Shown here: positions 55,261-64,000 of the stretch, piece by piece
Position numbering within the stretch: the first letter of the stretch is position 1
Layout: every line of letters starts with the position of its first letter
NCBI GenBank assembly: GCA_951406725.2
Contig: OX597822.1
Span: 558,001 to 622,000 of the forward strand
Direction of reading: 5' to 3'
Length of the DNA: 64,000 bases
DNA from: Octopus vulgaris
Taxonomy: Eukaryota
Translations under genes and position numbers: made by a program
Notes under the pieces: generated by a model
What the model was told of the DNA's origin: nothing
Seen by the model: the letters and a program-made list of their open reading frames with translations, nothing else
Databases searched by the model: none

Positions 55261-55500
55261 TTACACACACACATAAGCTCGCAAGATCACGTTCATTAAG
55301 TGCGCGTGCGTGTACGTGCGTGTGTGTATATGAGTGAATTTGTGTGTGTATGCTTGATTTATACTCAGAAATTGGTTTTGACATACCAAGCAGACATAAA
55401 CATTCATACATACATGATGGAAGTCAACTTGTGACCGAGTTTGTGCAGACATTGTGCAGACATTTCCATACATACATACATACATACATACATACATACA

Positions 55501-56041
55501 TGGTGACTGTTCCCTCGTTATCGAGTATAGCCATTGCGCGAAGCTTAATCAATGTTGTTATCGTGCAATGCCTGTGCAAGAAGATATTTTTTAAAGTGCG
55601 GAAAGGCTGTGCACTGAGTCAATCCCACTCACTAAGCAACAGCAGCCATAATCCGAAAAGAAGAACAAGTCAACATCATCGGTAACCACTGAGCCGCAGG
55701 TTTTATGTCGGAGTTATCCCAGTTACCTGAGTTACCTTCTCCTAGAAGGATGCCCTAACAAAGGCTGGGAGTCCTTCACTCCCAATGGCTTAACCGCGCG
55801 ATCGGGTATTCAATCCGATTATTTCTATGTCCCCGCGCATGATACAGCCTTAAGATATTTATCGGATGGTCGGTGACTCTCAAGAGTTTCCCCGCCCTTT
55901 GACGGGTTTTGTTTTTCACCCCGCAGGGTGTCCAACAAACACGCCCCTCACCAAGCAAGCTTGGTGGGGTTGCCGGTTTAGACGCCGACGACCCGACCAT
56001 GCAACAGGTTGTACTGGGTTACATGTTACCAGTAGCACTCG
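55501..56041 (-). mobile_element. Repeat D, second copy, between (CATA)n and (TATG)n
   Basis: Reverse complement of 12032-12572. Confidence 0.8.
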
Positions 56042-56487
56042 TATGTATGTATGTATGTATGTATGTATGTATGTGTGTATGTATGTATGTATGTATGTAT
56101 GTATGTATGTATGTATGTATGTATGTATGTATGTATGTATGTATGTATGTATGTATGTATGTATGTATGTATGTATGTATGTATGTATGTATGTATGTAT
56201 GTGTGTATGTATGTATGTATGTATGTATGTATGTACGTACATACATACATACATACATATACTTTTATTCTTTTATTCTTTTATTCTTTTATTCTTTTAT
56301 GCGTTTCAGCCAAAAGACTGTGGCCATACTGGGACATCACCAGTGTTATTATGTCAATGGCCGATTATTGTCATCTACAAGAAAACAAAATTAGCGGTTC
56401 GTTCGATTTGCTTCTTTAAAACCCTTCAAGGTAGTGTTACAGTATGGCCGCAGTCAAATGACTGAAACAAGTAAAAAAAATAAAAGA

Positions 56488-56586
<99 letters not shown>

Positions 56587-57189
56587 CACATACTCACACG
56601 CACAAACGCACTCAGACACACACACACACACGCATAAACGCAGGTACAGCTGTGTGGCTAAGGTGTTCGCTCGGCAACGACGTTTTCGGGTTCAATCCCT
56701 CTTCGTGGAACATGGGCCGAATAAAGTGAGTACTTATAGTAAACGGAAACTATGGAAAGTGTGTATGTTTTCATATAATATATGACTATTATACATATTT
56801 CTATTATTCTACTTGTTTCAGCCATTGGACTGCGGCCTACTGTGGCACCGGCTTAAATAGTTTAATCGCCAAAGCGACCCCAGTACTTATTTCTATTTTT
56901 AAGTCTGTTACTTATTACATCGGACTTTTGCCGAACCGCTGAGTGACGAGGGCGTAAACAAACCAGCACTTTCTATCATGCAGTAGAAGAAACATACACA
57001 GACACAAAGATATATATATATCACAAACAAACACACGTACGCACATACACAAACACACACACACGCATATACATACAACAACTTTCCATACAGTTTATTC
57101 GGTCCAATGTTCCAGAAAGACGGATTGAACCCGAAAACATGTCGTTGAAAAGCAAAACTCTTAGCCATACGGCTATACCTGCGTTCATT

Positions 57190-57221
<32 letters not shown>

Positions 57222-57231
<10 letters not shown>

Positions 57232-57627
57232 TATTAGAGACAAAACCACTATTTTGCAAAACAAACAAGGAAAGACTTAATCAATACATAAAATTTTAAT
57301 AAATAGTCAAAAAAACCGCCACTACAATTGTTTCTTGTCTTGATCGACAATCTTCAGGTGGACTTCCAATAAGTCAGTTTCATAATTTGAAACTGACTTA
57401 TTGGAAGTTCACCTGAAGATTGTCGATCAAGACAAGAAACAATTGTAGTGGCGGTTTTTTTGACTATTTATTAAAATTTTATGTATTGATTAAGTCTTTC
57501 CTTGTTTGTTTTGCAAAATAGTGGTTTTGTCTCTAATAATATTTTATAATATTTTACTATAAAATTGGATTTAATCCTAAATCTGATTCTTTTCCCTGTA
57601 AATTTGGATTTATTCCCTAATATTTAT

Positions 57628-57630
<3 letters not shown>
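57222..57630 (+). mobile_element. Fold-back element P2, second copy, in (TA)n
   Basis: 161-bp arms 57222-57382 and 57388-57548, 5-nt spacer, tail homologous to the reverse complement of 25184-25276. Confidence 0.88.
57409..57451 (+). ncRNA. Minimal type I hammerhead motif (mirror at 57319-57361 on minus strand)
   Basis: tcac CTGAAGA ttgtc gatcaa gacaa GAAA caattg TA gtgg. Confidence 0.82.
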
Positions 57631-57667
<37 letters not shown>

Positions 57668-57774
57668 ATGTGTGTGTGTGTGTGTGTGTATATGTGTATG
57701 TATGCATGTATGTATATGTGCGTGTTTGTACATATGTATATATAGTAAATATATAATACGTATACGTATTTGTA

Positions 57775-57826
<52 letters not shown>

Positions 57827-57958
57827 AAAATTATATATGTGCTTATATTATATCACATGATGCATAGAGGCATACACAAACACACATATTTACTGGAGAG
57901 ATTACAGGAGAGAAAGAGAGAAGAGAGAGAAAGAGTAGGGTAGATAGATATAGATAGA

Positions 57959-57999
<41 letters not shown>

Positions 58000-58595
58000 A
58001 GACTTAGAAAGAACATGAAAGAAACGAATGTGAGAATAGAGACACATACATCCACAAGCACACACGCAAGCTCTCGCGCAGACACACCTACATGTGCAAA
58101 CGCACACTCTCAAAAACGCACGCCAATACACATACATAGATACATGCATATATGCACACGTATGCATGCATTCATACCTACTTGCGTACATACACACGCA
58201 CTCACACACACATACACGCACACACACACACACACATATACACAGACACACTCGCACACACGCACTGACATACACACATATTCACACATATTTATATATA
58301 TAGCTCGAATTTTGGCGCACAGCCTTCTCGCCGGAACACAGAACATCTTTGTTGGCGCGGGATGGGCTTCTGGAATAGACAGCGAGCAGCAATTGCTAGA
58401 CTTCATGAACACGTCATCATAAATCAGAAACAAGTTCAGCCAATCAGCGTCAGGTTACAGCGGGTCACTGACTAGCCATTCAGATCATCTGCTTTAGACA
58501 TGAAATAGTCCCAGTGTCTCGGTTGTAATTTCTTGCCTGGGATTTTCCATTAAAATGCAAAGTTCAAATCACATATAGTGCGAAGAAAAGAGAGG

Positions 58596-58654
<59 letters not shown>

Positions 58655-59691
58655 GGAGGGAGGTGGGGGTGGAAAACGAAGAAGATGTGGTGGTAGGGAA
58701 AGAGATGAGCGGGGTGAATAAGATTACGATGATGACGACTATGATGATGGCTAAAAAGGAAATGATGATGACGAAGCAGAAGAAGAAGAAATTGGAGGAG
58801 GAAGACGACGAGGAGGAGGGGAAAAGAAGACGAATACGAAGAAGAAGAAGGAGGAGGAGGAGAAGAAGAAGAAGAATTATACAGAGAACAGAGCCAGGGA
58901 AAAAGAAGAAGACGATGATGAAAAAGAATAAAGGCAGATAAGAAAGAAGAAGGAGAGGAAGAAAAAGAGAAAGAAAGAATATGCGAAAAGGGGATAATGA
59001 CGAGGTAAAGGGAAAAGATGACGACGAGAAGTTAAAGGAGGAGAAGGAGCAAGTAAAATGAAGTTTGGAAGAGAGAAATACCACCACCACGGCCACTAGT
59101 CATTACAATGATGATGATGATGATGAGGAGGAGGAGGACGTGGATGAAGAGGAGAATGAAAGTGATGTCGGTGCTGCTGATGGTTGTAGTGGTAGTGTTT
59201 ATGATGAGGTGCAGGGTAAGAAGAAGAAGGAGAAGAAGAAGAAGAAGAAGAAGAAGAGAAGAGGAAAAAGAAGAGAAAGGAGAAAAAGGGGAAGAAGAAG
59301 GAGAAGGAGAAGAGGAAAAAGAAGAGAAAGGAGAAAAAAGGAGAAGAAGAGGAAGAAAATGGAGAAGAGTAAATAAAAGAAGGGGAAGAAGAAGAAAAAG
59401 AGCAGCAGCAGAAGCAGAAGGCGAAGTAGAAGAAGAAGAAGAAGAAGCAACAGCAGCAGCAGCAGCAGAAGAAGAAGAAGAAGAAGAAGAAGAAAAATCG
59501 TTTTGTGGCAAGATAAAGGAGTGACTAACTGGTTGAATGAGTGAGTGAACGAGCGAATGAATGAATGTGTAAATCAGATTTTAAAGAGTGAAACTGGGAG
59601 CTGACTGTATGGAGATTTGATGAGTATTTTACGGCTATTAATCTGGAGTTTATGGTTGTTTGTGAGTATAGAAAGAGGAGGAGAGAAAGAG

Positions 59692-59740
<49 letters not shown>

Positions 59741-59838
59741 AGAGTGAGAATATGAGATAGTGTGAAAGGTGGAGTGAGATATTGAGAGCAGTGTTTGATG
59801 TGATTCCGGTTCGCTCTGAAGTTGAAGAGAAATAATGA

Positions 59839-59870
<32 letters not shown>

Positions 59871-60032
59871 GGAGAGAAAGATAGAGAGAGTGTGACAGAC
59901 GGAGATAGGGAGACAGAGACAGTGTCACAAAGTGAGAGAAAGAGTGAGAAAGAGAAAGAAAGAGAGGGAGAAATGTTTCATATGATCCTTGTTTGCTGTT
60001 GCTCAGTTGAAAAGAATGAGAGACAGAGAGAG

Positions 60033-60064
<32 letters not shown>

Positions 60065-60361
60065 CGAAAGAAACCGAAAAGAGAAGAGAGAAAGAAAACT
60101 GAAAGAGAGGTGGGAAATTGAGAATCTGTGAGAAAAAGTGAGAGGAGGGATACATTGAAAATAAGCAAGGTTGGAGGAAGGGGAGAAACGAGAAAGAGAT
60201 AGATATAGAGCAGTTAAATATGGTTGCTGCTATTGTTAAGGAGAAATGAAAGGCGAATAAAGAAAGGATGAAACTGCAGTTATTGAGACGTATTGGACTA
60301 TTATAAGTTGCCGAAATAAAGCGTTCGTTTATAAACGCTTTGAATCAGAGAGTACCTAAAT

Positions 60362-60431
<70 letters not shown>

Positions 60432-60439
60432 CCTCTGTC

Positions 60440-62180
60440 TTGCGACTAGGCACCTGGAGAAGCAAGCCCATGCCGTCCACCAGCGCCTCCGTCGTGGGAC
60501 GCTGGACCGACGGCCCAGTTGAGTTGCTCGGGGTCTGGTTTGGTCCGGACCTCCAAGTGGAGAAGAACTGGAACGAGATAACGAGTAGGGTTGTCACTCT
60601 CGCCCGGCAATGGGCCGAGAGGAAACTGTCCCTAAAAGGTCGGGCGGAGGTGGCGAACACGTACATCGCGTCCGTCATCTACTACCGCCTGACCGTCGTG
60701 CCTTGTCCCGACCCTACCATCACCAAACTACAACGCATTCTCTTTCGCTTCTTGTGGAATGGATGCGTCCCGATGGTCAGGCGATCCATTTGCTGTCAAC
60801 ACCCGTTAAAAGGAGGACTGGGCATGCGCGTAGTTGATGATGCGCAGACACGCGCTGAGACTGCGACATCTCAGGCTCTTCGTAGACGACGGTGAACAGG
60901 TGTGGTCGCCGTTTGTGAGGCACGCTTTCCCGCAGCTCGTCTCCATGACCGAACTGCAGTCGTGGATCAAAAAGAGGCCGAGGAAGGGCGAATGGCACCG
61001 CGAGTGTCGCGTTGCTCTCAAGCAACTCTGCCGTCCTGGGTCGACCTTGAGTGACTTCATCACAACCAAAGCATTCTATAGGGGATTAGTGGAGGGGAGT
61101 TACGACGACGAGCTCGGGGCGAACCTGGACGTCGACGAGGAGTACCTGACCCGCCTATTCGGGACGACTTTCGGGCCAGGGCCCATGGACAACTTCCAGA
61201 GATCCCTGGCCTGGCAGTGCTACCGAGAAGCGCTACCCGTTCGGGATAAGCTCTACAGACACGGCTCGAGAAACACGGGGCCGACCTGCCCGAGATGCGG
61301 TCAGAGCGACGAAACCGTTCTGCACGCACTCGTGCAGTGTCCAACAATTTCCGACCTGTGGGCTTATGTCGAACAACTGCTATCACTTGTGGGACGAGTC
61401 GGTTTATCAGCTGAGTCTATCGTCAATATTGTCACGCCTCCTTCCTTCAAACGGGAAGGAAGAGCTATTTTCATCATCCTCGTGGCTATGGCGAAAGAAT
61501 GTATCTGGTGGACGCGTCTGAAAGGATTGGAGACAAACACTTTCCTCTCTGGTCAATCTCTCATCAACTTCTTCAAGTACCACTTGAAAAGGAAAGTGAG
61601 AGTAGAGAGGCAAGTTTTGTCTAGCGAATGTTTAAAAAAAAGATGGGTGAATGTAGCAAGGATGGCACGTATGAATGACGAAGCCACCTTGAGCATAATC
61701 CTATGAACCCAGAAATTGAAAACAGAGGGTTACCCACTTGCAAACAAATGTGGTAACATATAACAATATTGACCAAGGTTACCGCGGTCCTTTTCGTAGG
61801 CTTTTCTTCCCACGGATAAACCTTACTTGCTTTCCCCTTTACACCATATATCATAACACTGTGATTCACGATCCCTATTGATGGTTTTCTTTTTTCCTCT
61901 TCCCCTTTTTTCCCCTTTTTTCTTCTTTCTTCATTTCTCTTTTCCTTTGTTCCCTTTCCTTTTCTTTTTTTTCTTTTTCTTTTTTTTTCTTTTTTATTTT
62001 ATTTCATTTATTTTTTGTTTGTTCTTTTCTTCCCTTTTACGATCCCTCTTGATCGAAAACCTACGCCCCCCCTTTTTTCTTGTTTCTTTTGTTTTTTGTT
62101 TTTTTCATCCCCCAAAAGAAAAGCTCTACATTGTAACTTGTCCCATCTGTGTGCAGCCCTGTGTTTCCAATAAAGAAACT
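60440..62180 (+). mobile_element. Tx1-clade LINE, 5' truncated ORF2 plus 3'UTR, inserted in (TATC)n
   Basis: LLGVWFG, W..RKLSLKGR, F.FLW, KGGLG, CPRCGQSDETVLHALVQC; frameshift near 60830; T-rich UTR; AATAAA at 62169. Confidence 0.9.
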
Positions 62181-62186
62181 TATCTA

Positions 62187-62274
<88 letters not shown>

Positions 62275-62279
62275 CCTAC

Positions 62280-62337
<58 letters not shown>

Positions 62338-62570
62338 GCCTGTCTGTCTGTCTGTCTGCACAAACAAGCAATACACATGCACACACATGAAGACATCTGA
62401 GTGAATAAACGACACTCGACATGATTGGAGTTACATGTATTTAATAACAGTTTGACTCAACTCCACATTACTTAAAGTTTCGTGGGAAGCAGACAGTCAA
62501 CCTAACCAGATCTTTAGAAACGACTGCGAAACATTTATATAAAGCTGACTCGAACTGTATAAAACACACG

Positions 62571-62640
<70 letters not shown>

Positions 62641-62679
62641 TACACACACACATACACACACACACATTCTTTTATATTC

Positions 62680-63061
62680 TTAATTTATTCTTTTATTTGT
62701 TTCAGTCCTTTGACTGCGGTCATGCTGGGGCACAGCCTTTAGTCGAAGAATTGGACCCCAAGACTTATTCTTTGTAAGCCTAGTACTTATTCTATCGATC
62801 TCTTATTCTATCGGTAAAAACCGAACCACTAGGTGACGGGGACATAAGCACACCAGCATCCGTTGTCAAGTAATGGTGGAGGACAAGCACAGACACTCAA
62901 ACACACATGTATATATACGTCTGACGTCTATCAAATCCACTCACAAGGCTTTGGTCGGCCCGAGGCTATAGTAGAAGACACTTGCCCAAGGTGTCACGCA
63001 TTGAGACTGAACCTGGAACCATGTGGTTGGGAAGCAAGCTTCTTACCACACAATCACGCCT
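62680..63061 (-). mobile_element. SINE family A
   Basis: Reverse complement of family A; abuts the PLE RT. Confidence 0.85.
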
Positions 63062-63062
63062 A

Positions 63063-64000
63063 CTCCTGGTGTGGCGCGCGGACCTCTATAGGGCCAAGGC
63101 TTTCCGCCAACTCAATGACACCTCCTTCTACTCCCCTCTGCCCTCTAACCCCACACGTAGCTACCAACAGACGGTATCCTCTACTGTCCGCGACCTCATC
63201 TCGTTCTCCCGTCTCCCCCACACCGCATCCAACCTAATTGTGCGAACCCCATGTACCCCCACCATTTACTTCCTCCCCAAAATCCACAAACCCAACAACC
63301 CTGGCCGCCCCATCGTCTCCGCCTGTAACTGCCCCACGGAGCTCATCTCTAAATACCTCGACCGTGTCCTTGCCCCCCTAGTGGCATCTCTTCCCTCCCA
63401 CATCCACGATACCAACCATGCTCTCCGGCTTTTCAACTCTTTCTCCTTTCCTCCCGGCTCCTCCAAAATCCTTTTTACTATGGACATCCAAAGCCTCTAT
63501 ACTGTTATCCCTCACCACGAAGGACTGCAGGCCCTTCGACACTTTCTTGACCTCCGCTCCAACCCTGTACCTGACACCTCCACACTCATTCGTCTGGCCG
63601 AACTTGTCCTTACTCTGAACTGCTTCTCGTTCGCGGGCGAGTTCTACCATCAGGTCTCGGGAGTGGCCATGGGAACGCGAATGGGCCCCAACTATGCGAA
63701 CCTGTTCGTTGGCTATGTTGAGGCCCAAATATTCTCTAATTTCACTGGTCCCACTCCTGAACTATATGGTCGTTACATTGACGACATTATCGGTGCCACC
63801 GCACTCTCCCGTGAACATCTAGATTCCTTCCTCTCTTTCGTCCAATCTTTCCATCCAGCCCTCCACTTCACTTCCACTATCTCCAACACCTCTGTCTCCT
63901 ACCTCGACATTTCGGTTAGCATTCTTCACTCCACTCTTACCACCTCCATTCACTACAAACACACAGACTCACACTCATACCTCAACTTCTCTTCCTCCCA
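63063..64000 (+). mobile_element. Penelope-like element reverse transcriptase, open frame running off the window
   Basis: Manual translation: YFLPKIHK, GRPIVS, TMDIQSLYT, GVAMGTRMGPNYANLF, RYIDD (63771-63785), YLDI, YKHTD. Confidence 0.92.

Overview
Repeat-saturated, AT-rich eukaryotic intron or intergenic DNA. The tRNA-derived SINE families and the microsatellite load point to an octopus genome (inference from recall, not a database match). No host gene can be called with confidence, and most ORF-track entries are microsatellite artefacts. The window contains decayed Tc1/mariner elements and MITEs, three SINE families, LINE remnants (RTE, CR1-like, R4/Dong-like, Tx1), Penelope-like element (PLE) RT and GIY-YIG remnants, non-coding dispersed repeats and long microsatellites. 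The main observation is a set of small non-coding inserts in (TA)n tracts that carry minimal type I hammerhead-ribozyme (HHR) motifs. Four of them are fold-back palindromes with an HHR on both strands (25.2-25.7, 30.3, 40.9 and 57.2 kb). Between copies the arms change in concert, stem II covaries and the catalytic core stays fixed. Within 25.3-26.4 kb, three consecutive modules show C3-G8, U3-A8 and (degenerate) G3-C8 versions of the core tertiary pair. Minimal HHRs in PLE termini are a known class, so whether these particular families are new needs a database check. Repeat boundaries were read by eye and are approximate unless stated.
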